Origin: Diplonema japonicum
Taxonomy: Eukaryota > Protista > Euglenozoa: Diplonemea
NCBI GenBank assembly: GCA_964019335.1
Contig: OZ025657.1
Coordinates: 744,001-808,000 of the forward strand
Length of the DNA: 64,000 nt
Reading direction: 5' to 3'
Shown here in pieces: positions 46,201-57,026 of this stretch. The notes beneath the pieces are model-generated. The model had not been told where the DNA came from, did not search any database, and saw only the letters and a list, made by a program, of their open reading frames with translations. The stretch's first letter is position 1. The number at the start of each line of letters is the position of its first letter. The position numbers were made by a program, and so were the translations under genes.

Positions 46201-49200
46201 GCAGTACCCGCTCTTAGTGTGAGGGACGACTACCTTGAGCTGTCCAAGATCAGCGAAGGTCCAACAATCATTGAGCGTAACTTCGACTCGTGCGGTGCTG
46301 TGTTGGAGTACTACAGAGACCCGGTGAGGAGCTGGGGGCTTCCTGGCGACGGTGTCTTTAACTTGCTGAAGCAAGGGAGCATGTCAGCAGAGCCTTACTT
46401 CTGCCGCTTTGTGCAGGACAAAAAGTTTAATTACCACGGGGTGGCGCTGGTGGGGGGTGTCTGGAAGGGCAAAGGTAAGCTTGCTGGAAACGTTGCAGGT
46501 GCCTTAGGGTCGACGACAAGCCCTTACTCACCGCTGACTTTCTTGGGTCAAGCGTCTGGTGCTGGCTCGCGAATGTTCGAGTTCCCGGGAGTAGCCCAGG
46601 AGGGTGACGAGGTGGGCAGGAAATGGCTGCACTTCACGTTACAGGACGGAAGTGAGGCCGGTGGGGCGTTCGCTAGATTCCCACCTGGCGACTGGAACAC
46701 AGTGGTGATCTCAACGAACCCGACTTTCCTCCCAGCATCCGAATGGGTCATGCTGGACAAGAGCGAATTGACTTCAGCACTGGCTCAAGTGCTTAGTTTT
46801 GGAAACTCGATGTTGGAGGCCCGTATGATATTGAAGACTAAGGCAGGTAATGGGCACCGCACTAATTTGAAGAGTATATGTGTGTATGCACACAGAACCT
46901 GTGCAACGTGCTCTGCAGATTTCGTTGGATTGTTCTCCAAATGTGGGCAAGGTGACTTCAGATTCTGGAAGTTGTGGTTCGGTGAGGGCGTGACACGTGT
47001 AGGACAGAAGCTCGTCGGGTCGTCCGTCCGCGTTTTCATGGGGGATAACCAACTGGGTACGGAATTCCCGACGGACCAACAGGACTGGTCGCGCGCGGCT
47101 GCTGGAGTGCTTCCGTTGCAGGTGGGGGCTCGAGCCGGAGCAAGCATATTGACGACAACGTCTGGGAGCTTGTCTGCACCGCGTGTCTTGGACTGGAAGG
47201 CGTGGAGCGGGAGATCCATCCTCCTTGCCGATGAGACGAGCACAGGGCCGGCCTTAGGACAAGTGGTGTTCAACACAGAAGCGACCTTCCAGGCTCTCCC
47301 GTCACCGCTTGTTGAGATCCAGGGGGTGAGAGTGCGGTTCTTTGTGGAGAACCGTGGTGGAGTCGGCAATGATGTCCCGTTTGAGGTATCATTAAAGACA
47401 GCAGCAGGGCGTGTTATACGAGCAACGAATAATCAGAAGGGTACTGTTCTAGGTCAAGATCCGGCTACAGCATCTGTGATGACGCACGAGGTGCGGTGGG
47501 ATGTAGGGTCCTCGGGGGTAACAGTAGCGGATCTGGCGGGGCTCACTGCAAAAGTTCTCTTCAGGCAGACAGCGTTCCGTGGGGGATTGGACTTCAACGG
47601 GGCAATCTTGGAAACGGAATACCAGCGCATCCCGCCGCTCGAAGTCTTCGGGTTCTCTGCTTACATGAAGATTCGGCGAGCAGATGAAACGTCGCAAATG
47701 AATGTCTTCCGAGCAAGGCACTCGACGGGCGGAGAGGTTCGCGTAGACCTGAACACCGGGGCAGACGGTGGCCCGCTCGCGTCATCCGTGCGCGTGAGGC
47801 TGGTTGACTCTACCGGGAACCAGCTGGTTGGAGTTGCATCCGGTCTCCAGAACCTGTTCTCGAACAGATGGGTACGCCTCTCCGTGAACGCATCGCTTAC
47901 AGATGCAACAGTGCAAGTCTTCCTTGGGAAGTCGAAACTGGAGAATGGAAAGCCAGGTCTGTCAGAACTGCCTGTGACAATGTCGCAGCAGCAGAGCCTC
48001 TTGTTGAGATCCTTCGCATGGATGGACAAGCCAATTACGTTCGGTTCCGAAAAGGAGAGGTTCACAGGGTTCTTCCGTGATCTCGTGTTGACAGTTGGGC
48101 GCGAGGAAGAGAAGCAAGTGGAGGTGAAACTCCCTCTCAACGAGGCGAACACCTGGTCTACTCCTGAGAACTCTGTGACAAGGCAGGCAGGGGAATGGAC
48201 TCTTGTATCAGTCCCACCAGAAGGAACGAGTTACGACGGAGTATCCGTGAAGGTTGTTCCTACGAACCTCGGGTTCTGGGCGGGCGACCTGTGTGAATCA
48301 TGTTCACCGGGGTACCACGGTGGCTCGTGTATGGATCCTGACTGCCAGAGCAACGACGACTGCGGGATGGGATACTGCGAGCTTACAAACTCGTCGCTCT
48401 TCTACGGTCAGTGCCGCTGCCACACGAACTACGATGGTGAGTACTGCGACAGGTGCGAACCACCCCCTGTGAAGCCCGCAAGATTCGAAAACGGAACGCT
48501 CGCATGCGTCACAACAAACGGGACATGCCCCACGGTGGATCTTGTAGGGATGACAAATGTAGGGACGCTGGACGGTGCGTGGTGCGCCCCAGGTGGAAAG
48601 TTCGAGACGGGGACATACTTCGACCCTGAGGCAGCACCGCAGGAAGTGGATTGCACTGTGAACGGGGTGAGGATGTGCGTTCCTCCGTCAACCGTGAAGT
48701 ACGACGAGTGTGGTTGCCCGACTAGCATGGCGACTGTGTGCCGAACAGGCACTGAAGCGGAGACTTGCTGCGATCCCACACAGAAGGCGTTTGACCCTGC
48801 GGTGTCGTATGACTGCAAGGGGTACTCGAACCTGTACGTGACCTGCCCGAAGAGGAACTGCTCGGCAATGAGCGGTGCCGGACAGGAAGGGGCACCGAGG
48901 CCTACCTGCCTGCCAGCAACAGAGGGAGCACGTCAGTACCCGAAATTCTGTTTGGATCGTGCGAGTGATGGGTGTGATGGGTCTAGGATGCGCGGACACG
49001 ACGAGCTGAGTGGTGCGCTATTGTTTTCCCCGGAAGCGAAGCTGATGCGCTTCTACGCAGACTGTTCCGGGGTGTGCGTAGCGACGCTAGGCGGGACGGA
49101 GATCCCGTCATCCGGTGGGAAATGCGGGCCGTGTCCCACTGTTACTCCACGAACCGGTGAGCAGGTGATGATTGACTGTAACATGACAGTACTGTCCATC

Positions 49201-52200
49201 CACACCCCCACGCAGCTAGTGAAGGAAGACTTCTGTGGTTGCATGTCCCCTGTTGTGCCAGTGTGCGATCCTAGGACAACTGTTGCCTGGAACACGACGA
49301 GGGACGGAACGGTGCAGTGCTTAGAACCGAATGGTCCCGATGGAGACAACTGTCCTGACTGGGTGAAGTTGTACAGACAATCGGGATACGTGGTCGATGT
49401 CGAGGCACAGGAGATCGAGATCAACTGCGGGAATTGGCCCGCGCCAGAGTTTATGGAACTCCCGTGCTCTGAAGAGGGCTATGACCCATGCCAGTGCCAA
49501 CTCCCTAAATTCAAGTGTGCACCAGATACCGAGGGGTCGTGTCAAGGACTGGTGTGCCCATCGTGGGGAACGCTTCAAGAGATTGACTGCAAGGGAGGCC
49601 TCCCGCCTGTAGTGAACAAGGTTGCACCACACGTGTGCGGGTGCGAATGGCCGCCTGACGCAGTCTGCAAACCGGGCACATCGGCGAAAGAGAAGAGTCT
49701 GTGCCCAGAAGACAGTGAAATTGGTGGTGTGGATGTTGTGGACTGCATGGGCAAGCCATTAGTGGATTCTGCACAGTGGAAACCGGGGATGAGCAGGTGG
49801 TCTCTTACAAGAGGATGCAAAACTTGTGACACAGATGCGAGGCCCTCAAAGCAGTGCATGGAGGGGACGCAGTGCCCGCTTGTGAGGTCCTGTCCGCCTG
49901 GGACAGACAAGGCCCCTGGCAGCGAGATCACTTGTGCACCTGTGCAGTGGGAGGACATCGAGTGTGGGGACCAAGGGCTACCTCCGATGCAGAAACCAGA
50001 CCGCGAGGAGTGCTGGTGCGAGCCGACTCCGCAGTATCGCTGCATCGGATTAACCGGCTGCTACGGAAACGCTACGAGATGTCACCCCTATGTTTGCGGG
50101 CGGGCGCGTCTTGTTTCTCCCGTCCCTACGGATGAGTGCAGAACATCGTGCTTCTCCGACAGCCACTGCTCTGAAGGGTATGTGTGTTTGGACAAGGTCT
50201 GCAAGCCGGAAGGGACATCAGCACCTCCTCTTGGAGGGTGCAAGGCTGACCCAACAATCTGCGAACCATACGCGTGCGACTTGGTAACCTCAACGTGCGT
50301 CACAGAGTGCTGGACGGACAAACATTGTCTTGGAGGAGACCAGAGCAAGAAGCAGAGCGCCTACCGCTGCTCGTTCCCGACTCTGAGCGGGCTTCCACAG
50401 ATCCCGAAGTACCAGCTCCTCGGTGGCGGTGAGGCTGTAGGTAGAGAAATGCCTGGGAACCTATGTGGTTCGACAGGAACCGGGAGCGGAGGTGGTCAAG
50501 CAGAGCCCGGGAGGTGCGTGTGGGTAGAGTACGATCCCTCGCAGTGCTACGACCAGCAATCCTGTTTCCCCTATGCATGCGGGAAAAACAACACACAAGT
50601 ACTGTTTTCACATGCAGTATGCAGGATTTCTTGCGGGAATGACGCACACTGCCATCACAAAGCGCACTGTGACAAGACGGGGCAATGTGTGGCCGGTGCT
50701 CCTAGCGCCCCTGTCAGTTGCAGTACAAAGGACTACGACTACTGCAACCCATACGTGTGCGGGAAGCACATTGCGTTGGCGCCCCTGCCAACGGCGACCT
50801 GCCGTAAGGACTGCGAGTCAGATGGTCACTGTCAGCACTTCCACACGTGCCAAGACTACAAGTGTGTCCCAGGGCAAGTAGTGCAGCAGTCTTTCCAGCC
50901 CGAGGTAGCGATCCCAGCGGAGTGTTACGCGGGCAACAAGCGCTTCATTGGCGAGCCTTTTAAGTGTCTGCGTGTGCCTGTTGCAGTGAGGGGAAATCCA
51001 CTTGGTAGAATTGCCTATGCACCAGCTCCAGAGGCACCACGCCCGTCCACGCCGTCTGACAAGAATTGCTCGTTGCACTCAGACTGCAGCCCTTACCGCT
51101 GTGGTAAGAAGCGTGGTGTGCCCTCGAAAGACATTGACACGGGGTCGAAGTGCCAGGTGACATGCGAGGTGTTCGACGACTGTGCGGAGGGGTTCTCGTG
51201 TGTGAAGAAAGCATGTGTACAGTTCCGAGCCACCGCTGCAGCCTGCTCGGCTGACAAGCAGTGCGCCAGTGGTCACTGTGTGGACGGAGTGTGCTGCAAC
51301 TCTGCGTGCAATCTCCCGTGCCAGAAGTGCACCAGCATGGGGATCTGTGACTGGGTTGGTGTCGGCACCGACTTCAGGAATGATTGCGGCAGCTGCATGA
51401 CGTGCAGGGAGGCGGACGATCCGGCAGTTCCGAGGTCCTGCGGACCTGAGGATGAAGACAAGGATCCGAAGCGGAACTGCGGCGACCACGGGAAGTGCAA
51501 CGGCGGTGGTGGGTGCGTGTGCCACACCTCGAACGAAGCCGGAAACTGGGGTGGTGACCTTTGCGACCGTTGTGCTGCAGGCTTCACTGGTGACATGTGC
51601 ACCGTGGCGACAACTGTTCCTGTCCCACCCGAAGTTTCAGAAGTTGCAGGTGGCCCGCCTGGCCCTGTTCCTAGATCAGCGTACCAGCTTGAACCAATGC
51701 CGATCCAGTTCGCGACCAAGGTTCTGGACTTCACGACGCAGTCGCTACCAAAGAATGTTCACAACATCCTTGGGAGACCCGACGCCGTTGAGAGATACTA
51801 TGAAGCTGACGCACCGAACAGAGGAGCCGCTTGGGAGCCTGTTCAGGTATAGCAACATCATAGAACAAACAACAACCTAAACCTAAACAACAGTATTTCT
51901 GCGACAGAAGGATGCACAAAACAAACTGCCCAAGCAGATTAAGAAAAAGGCAAGAATGGCAAGGTGAACTGCAGTACATCACTCTAGAGTTCTCAGAGGC
52001 AGTCTATTTGTCAAAGGTATAGATATAACCACTCGCAAAACATGACCGCAGGTATTCGTCTATGAAAACTCGAACCCCGGTTCTGTGATTGGGATCTGGG
52101 CGCAACCAGCACCCTCGGGTGCCGATGCATCGCCAGGAGGTGGCGCCCCACCAAACCAAGTGTCCGGTAGTGGTGCCATCACGTCAAGCGCCGTTGTCAA

Positions 52201-53426
52201 GAAGCCAACAACGGTTCCCGACCAGTCAAGGGAGAACGTGTTGCCTGAGGACTCGACAATCCTTGCTTTGAGCAACGGCACCGGCACAAGAGTAAACATC
52301 AACACCAACCCGGAACCCTTCTTCCAAGTGTGGAACAGATCAGAACCGGTATGGCACACCGCACGAAAGCAGCACCACAGATCTTCTACTCAAAACCCAC
52401 GTCACGTATCTATGCCCCGAAGAATTTCATCCACCACACGAGGCCCGTGTCCCTGCAGGCAGGTGGGCTCGACGTGGTTGAGGTGGAATGGAAAACGAAG
52501 GTTATCAGGCTTGTGATCGCACCGGACAACGACAGGCTGACGCAGGTATGGCTATGAGCTGCATCCACGCTCACTCACAACAGATCGACGCAGTGGGTGT
52601 CCTCGGCTTCTCAGTGTCGAGCCTGAATCGCACAGGGACGTGCCCTGGGTCGATGATGATTCCTGCTGATCCTGTGGGTACGCTCGTACCCTCTGGCAGG
52701 ATGAGAGAAGTGTCGTGCAGCGGGAACGGCGAGTGTGAGCCGAAGGGGTGCAAGTGCCTTGGGAACTGGGACGGTGCAGAATGCGCGAACTGCAAGTTCG
52801 GGTGGACTGGGGAGTTCTGTGACGAGCTGGCAGTGACTGAGGTCGATGGGCCGGAGCTGTGCGCTGTTGCGATGTTCGAGGACCTCATGGATTTCGAGGG
52901 GACTGCGCTGGAGCTGAGGTGGAGCATCCAGGACTACACGTTTAGAACGACTAGAGTGTTCCTGGCGAGGCACTTCGGTACGAAGTTCGTGTCGCCGCTC
53001 ATCACACTCGGGTCACACACGCACGTCAGGGTGCAGGCAGGGTTCTTCATCATGGACATGCCGAAGCATGACGACTCTGGTGTGCTGGTGAAGGCTGCAC
53101 ACACGAGGGCAGTGAACCCATCGACGGACAGGTCCGCTCAGGACCGCATCTCCGACGGCGAGAGGATCATCTTCATTAAGAACGTTCCGTATACTACAGG
53201 AGTGAACATCATCGGGACAGGCAAGGGTGACTCCTCCGATCAGATGGACGTCACTACGTCATGGAAGCCGGCAACCATCAGTGTGGAGTTTGAGATCTGG
53301 TCTCCCGACATCAAGTCCAAGGCTAACAAGGGCGACCACAGGATGACCCTTACGTACTTCGTGATCCACTCCTGCGCTTACCCGTCCCAAGCAGGTGCCG
53401 ACTCCCCCGACAGGAATGTGAACTAA
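19291..53426 (+). CDS. Giant secreted multidomain protein (~11,327 aa); exons 19291-51846, 51894-52016, 52052-52348, 52381-52545, 52584-53426
   Basis: Signal peptide MRSS...LLLIAAMMVTLLPQGAGA|DQC; a 32.5-kb open frame. Four phase-0 GT-AG introns (51847-51893, 52017-52051, 52349-52380, 52546-52583) stitch the listed 3' ORFs into one coherent domain (ILGRPD..AAWEP..YITLEFSEAVYLSKVFVYENSNPGSV..IDAVGVLG). No C-terminal TM helix or GPI-like tail is visible. Confidence 0.88.
19390..21345 (+). other. Leishmanolysin/GP63 (peptidase M8)-like domain, zinc ligands degenerate
   Basis: ADLVLFV, AAGWPC..RPNVGYLTFN, VALHELVQILGW, GREHFGCATLQGVEVED, FWEKRILNGEVM, LSPLTIALLQDTGFYKADF..ESLSYGKNAGC, MDYC, SRCF, IVCP..FC: the colinear M8 motif series. 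Confidence 0.9.
22110..22630 (+). other. C-type lectin-like domain within the giant protein
   Basis: GNCYKYFAEPLSRAQATAACAAEGATLA...WWTGL...C...EDCETALPFFCQ. Confidence 0.85.
26870..27200 (+). other. WSC domain (further copies at ~24720-25020 and ~38310-38600)
   Basis: WKYDGCFND...MTPEICAKEC...CMC...CAGDTSKPCG...VAVY; third copy IGCYKD...SIEACMKAC...FGLQQGSLCYCG...CGTPCSG...CGGENANAVY. Confidence 0.85.
33860..35420 (+). other. Kelch/galactose-oxidase-type beta-propeller within the giant protein
   Basis: Blades: FVVYGG, PAARFAHVSV..LFVFGG..NELWRF, KLYVFSG, PRGRVQASSV..WYVVGG, ILVFGG..VQRFDL..RW, PAKRTFAA..VYFFGG..EVW. Confidence 0.85.
41698..41940 (+). repeat. Coding tandem repeat (PPVG[G/S/E])11 followed by SPP-rich repeats
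   Basis: 15-nt unit CCN CCA GTT GGT RGT-like, translated as PPVGSPPVGGPPVGG...PPVSPPVNPPVT. Confidence 0.95.
50070..51610 (+). repeat. Cys-rich repeats (CxPYxCG...CxxxCxxDxHC) and a CASGHCVDGVCC module, then EGF
   Basis: At least five units (CHPYVCG, CEPYACD, CFPYACG, CNPYVCG, CSPYRCG), each followed by C-x3-C-x2-D-x2-C. Confidence 0.85.
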
Positions 53427-53939
53427 AGTTACACTGATTTTTTAAACTGATTTGCAAATATGTAGCGTGTTTGTCAGATCTTACGGGTTAAAAAATTCTC
53501 CAGGTTTTTACCCGGCGTACAAAACAAGCAGCCAGTTCTTCCCCCCCCCCCCCCCCTTCTTTTTTCGCCAACGGTTTGGCTTAATTCCTCGGCTTCTGCT
53601 TTTGGCATTTTATTTTTCTTTTCCCCCTCTTCTAAATTTGTTGAGCAATGTCATTTGCTCTCGTCTTCTCCTCACTTCTCCAACCCTCTACTCCAACCCT
53701 GTTCTAGCCGAGAACTCATGTTTGCTTCACCCAAACAGCTAACGTATCTATTGTCTATCACAGGGGATCCACATGTGCAAGCACCGGGGGACACAGTTAG
53801 TAGCGTGGATTCGTAGCCATGCGAACTAGCAGTATGTTCACTGGAAACAAATGCTTGCTCAAGCCATGTTGGGATTCGTAGCCCCATGCCTCCCTCTTCA
53901 ATTTTTCATGGTGAAAGTTAACTTTGAGAATCGGCAACA

Positions 53940-53982
<43 letters not shown>

Positions 53983-54129
53983 ACACATTCAATATATTTT
54001 CCTTTTCCTTTTTTCTTTTTTGTAGCACTCCTCCTAATCTCTTCTATTGCTGCCACGGTGTACCCCTTTGCGATATCTCGAGGGTAATAATGACCCTCGT
54101 CATGCTGTCTAAGGCCACCGTTTGGCTGA

Positions 54130-54385
54130 CACTTCTTCCTCTCTCAAAATTTGTTGTTCTGTCTCCTTTTTTCTTTCTTTGTAATTACACAAATCCTACA
54201 GCCCCACCCCTTTACAATTCTGGGATTTACTTATCCCTACTTAACCCTATTGGTTCCTTTCTATTTTACACTTCCTCTCCTTCTTATTATTTCCCCTTTT
54301 TTTCTTTTCCCTTTCTTAACACCCCTTCGACCCTTCCCCAGCTTTACTATTTCTCATCATATCTTGAACGCCTCTAACTCACCAG
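54130..54385 (+). promoter_or_regulatory. Long polypyrimidine tract and putative trans-splice acceptor upstream of the kinase gene
   Basis: ~230 nt that are T/C-rich, then CTCTAACTCACCAG|GAATG (ATG 54388). Confidence 0.55.
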
Positions 54386-54387
54386 GA

Positions 54388-55356
54388 ATGTTGACTCTCG
54401 GGAATCCTATGGTGGACTTCATGGTCGATGTCACAGAGGAGGAGATGACACGGGATGGTCTTGATGGTGGCACAGAGTGCATAGCAAGATTCAGGCAGGA
54501 TGTCAGTCTTGTTGAGGAGATGATAAAGAAGTACGAGCAGAGGTGTGTAAGGACCGGTGGGGGTGCAGCATTGAATACAGCAAGGACGGCAGGAAAGATT
54601 TTGCAAGGGCTGGACATCTCTGTAGGGAGCATAGGGGGTGTTGGTGTCGATGCAGATGCAGAGTACTTGAAACAGCTTTGTGGTGAGGCGGACGTGGTGC
54701 CCTTGTTCATTGAAACGCCTAAGGTAACAGGCAGGTCATTGGTCATGATTCCCCCCAACAAGAACCGCACTATCCTGGGACACCCGTCTGCAGGAAGAGA
54801 GCTTCGTGCTGAAGGAGTTCTTCGAGTAGCCGGTGAACGGCTCCGAACAGCAAAACTCCTATACGTGACCACATTCTGCATGACCACAGCACCACGATGG
54901 AGTGCTGTCAAGGAAGCCTTTGCTGTGTGCGGTGAAGAGTGCAGGCTAGCCGTCAACCTGTCGTCGTGTGGTCTGCAGACAAACGAATCTGTTCGAGAAG
55001 CTCATTCGTATTTGCTGCCAAAAGCTCACTACATTTTCGGTACAAGTGAAGAGTGGCAGGCACACCTTGCAGCCCACGGCCAACTACCTATAGCCAACCC
55101 TTACCCCTCGGCATCAATCTTCATTACTGACGGGCCCAATCCCATCACCTTTATGAATGCTGCCAGTACAACAACGCACCCTGTCACCCAAGTGCAGGAC
55201 ATCGTAGACACGAACGGTTGTGGCGATGCCTTTGCCGGTGGTGTCCTGGCTGCAACCCTTCTGGGTGCATCTGTCAAGGATTCCATTAGAAAAGGTGTGG
55301 CGTGCTCCACAGCAGTTATCAGAGAGAGAGGGTTTGTTGTGCCCGATCGTTTGTAG
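54388..55356 (+). CDS. PfkB-family carbohydrate kinase, adenosine-kinase-like (322 aa)
   Basis: LGNPMVD, GGAALNTAR, IGGVGVD, TGRSLV..NRT, and the C-terminal PfkB signature IVDTNGCGDAFAGG. Confidence 0.88.
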   Translation: MLTLGNPMVDFMVDVTEEEMTRDGLDGGTECIARFRQDVSLVEEMIKKYEQRCVRTGGGAALNTARTAGKILQGLDISVGSIGGVGVDADAEYLKQLCGEADVVPLFIETPKVTGRSLVMIPPNKNRTILGHPSAGRELRAEGVLRVAGERLRTAKLLYVTTFCMTTAPRWSAVKEAFAVCGEECRLAVNLSSCGLQTNESVREAHSYLLPKAHYIFGTSEEWQAHLAAHGQLPIANPYPSASIFITDGPNPITFMNAASTTTHPVTQVQDIVDTNGCGDAFAGGVLAATLLGASVKDSIRKGVACSTAVIRERGFVVPDRL

Positions 55357-55427
55357 TCAAACAACAGGATAGTTCTTATTTTGCTATCCAGGGTAGTATT
55401 TACTAGCAAAGGCCCACACGCCACAAA

Positions 55428-56165
55428 ATGTATTCCGGCGACCCATGGAAGTCAGGCCTAACGAGAGACGAGTACGCAGCCATAGGGGATGAGTACTTGA
55501 GACGGAAGATGGCTGAGTACTACCTCGATCTGGACCGTCCGCGGGATGGGGGAACTCTTTACACCGACAGCATGTATGCAGAGGATGAGAGGGCGTACCC
55601 AGGAGGTGATATTCTGCACGGAGGAAGGGGCTACGATCATAACCGAGAGGGCTGGCGTACTGCCACTCCAAGTTATAGCGGAGATTTGAACAGGGAAAGT
55701 GCTGAGGTACATGAGAGTAAAGCATACAACCAGCAGTACTATGAGAGCATTAAACGACGCTTTGAGGAGCCAGTGGACAAAGTGGCCCTTGGAGATGATG
55801 GCATCGACTGGTTCCAGCAGGAGTTCTGGGATGCTTATAATGCAACTATCAAGGAAACTGTAGACCGTCGCGTGGGCCCTCCGGCCGTTCCACGGCACTT
55901 AACCCGTCCGTGGCCTGATCCTTGGGCCCATCCTGTTCCTGAACACATCCGTCGCACAGAGAGGCTCAAAGCAGAAGGAAGGCGGCGTGCCCAAGCGAAC
56001 CCAATCGCCCACCCTGACGCACCCTTGCCGCCGCCTACAGCTACTTTTTACAAAGCCTTCGAAGACAGCAACAACCACAACATGCAAGGTAGGTCCGATC
56101 ACACCGACAGGCATTACAGCAAGCAAGGTAGATCCGAGGACCCTCAGCGCTATTCTTTACTTTAG
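55428..56165 (+). CDS. Hypothetical hydrophilic protein (245 aa)
   Basis: AAAATG start, coding-like composition, fills the gap between neighbouring genes; no recognisable domain. Confidence 0.7.
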   Translation: MYSGDPWKSGLTRDEYAAIGDEYLRRKMAEYYLDLDRPRDGGTLYTDSMYAEDERAYPGGDILHGGRGYDHNREGWRTATPSYSGDLNRESAEVHESKAYNQQYYESIKRRFEEPVDKVALGDDGIDWFQQEFWDAYNATIKETVDRRVGPPAVPRHLTRPWPDPWAHPVPEHIRRTERLKAEGRRRAQANPIAHPDAPLPPPTATFYKAFEDSNNHNMQGRSDHTDRHYSKQGRSEDPQRYSLL

Positions 56166-56232
56166 ATGTTCTAATTTTTGTTCTGGAACGTAAATAGCCT
56201 CCTTATTCAACACAGGACACAAAATACGCATT

Positions 56233-56883
56233 ATGAAGGTTGTGCTTCTTCTCGCATTGCTGTGGGGTGTGGCGAGTGCCGAGGAAGGGACCGGGAAGCC
56301 CGAGACAACGTGGCTCAAAGCAGACCTGCTTGAAAAGTGGGTCAGAGAGTTCGGTTACAAAGTGGAGAACTCTGATGAGAACAGAATCCTGATGAGGCTG
56401 CAGGTGGAGTCAGGGAACTTAGTGTTTGTTGAGTTCAGCGACAATGACTCTCTGAAGATGATGACGTCGTGGGACTCTGACCAGACGGGGCTGGGCGACG
56501 GACCCATTGTCAACGGGTATGAAAAATTATGCAACACACAATGCCTAGGTGGAACAACGAGCGTCGCTTCTGCAAAGTTTCGATCTCTGACAAGCCCGAG
56601 GAGCAGAAGGGAACCCTAATGGTGATGCATCTTGACCAGGTATGCAGCAGCGCCAGTTATACAAAACCACACCAGCTGCTCCCCACGAAAGCAGGTGCCG
56701 AGTCTACGCGCCTCATGACGAAGAAAACCCTTGAGCTCTTTGAGGTATGTACACATCAGCACCACAATACGAACACAGACCGGCGTCGTTGAGTTTGACC
56801 AGTTCTCGAAGGACACATACAAGCAGTGGCAGCGCCAGCAGAAGCCTGCAGATGACAAGGAGGTCGAGTCGTCGCAGTACTAG
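56233..56883 (+). CDS. Secreted YbjN / T3SS-chaperone-like fold protein; exons 56233-56516, 56549-56639, 56676-56744, 56779-56883 (~182 aa)
   Basis: Signal peptide MKVVLLLALLWGVASA; splicing three GTATG..AG introns (32, 36, 34 nt) yields IVNGWNNERRFCKVSI, resembling the YbjN NxWNxxxRFxK motif. Confidence 0.65.
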
Positions 56884-57026
56884 GATGTGATAAATATCTT
56901 CTAATTCTTTTTTAAGTTTTTAAAACACATATTTTATGTCTTTTGTACCAAACTGGTTGTACACACAGAAGGCACTTTGATTAATTTTTATTTTGTTGAT
57001 TTTTTTAATTTTTTAACTCTTATTAC

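Noticed and set aside
7250-51982. Numerous minus-strand and alternate-frame ORFs up to ~390 aa
   Set aside because: Shadows of long GC-rich coding sequence; no recognisable motifs, mostly non-ATG starts
52085-53426. Separate small genes (143, 75 and 312 aa) after the giant ORF
   Set aside because: They join in phase through GT-AG micro-introns into the C-terminus of the giant protein
54151-54387. Hydrophobic 'membrane' N-terminus on the kinase ORF
   Set aside because: An F/L/P-rich translation of the polypyrimidine tract with a TTG start; PfkB homology begins at ATG 54388
56089-56110. Possible 22-nt intron near the end of the 245-aa hypothetical gene
   Set aside because: Shorter than all other introns; the unspliced frame gives an internal QGRSD/QGRSE repeat and a normal 67-nt spacer
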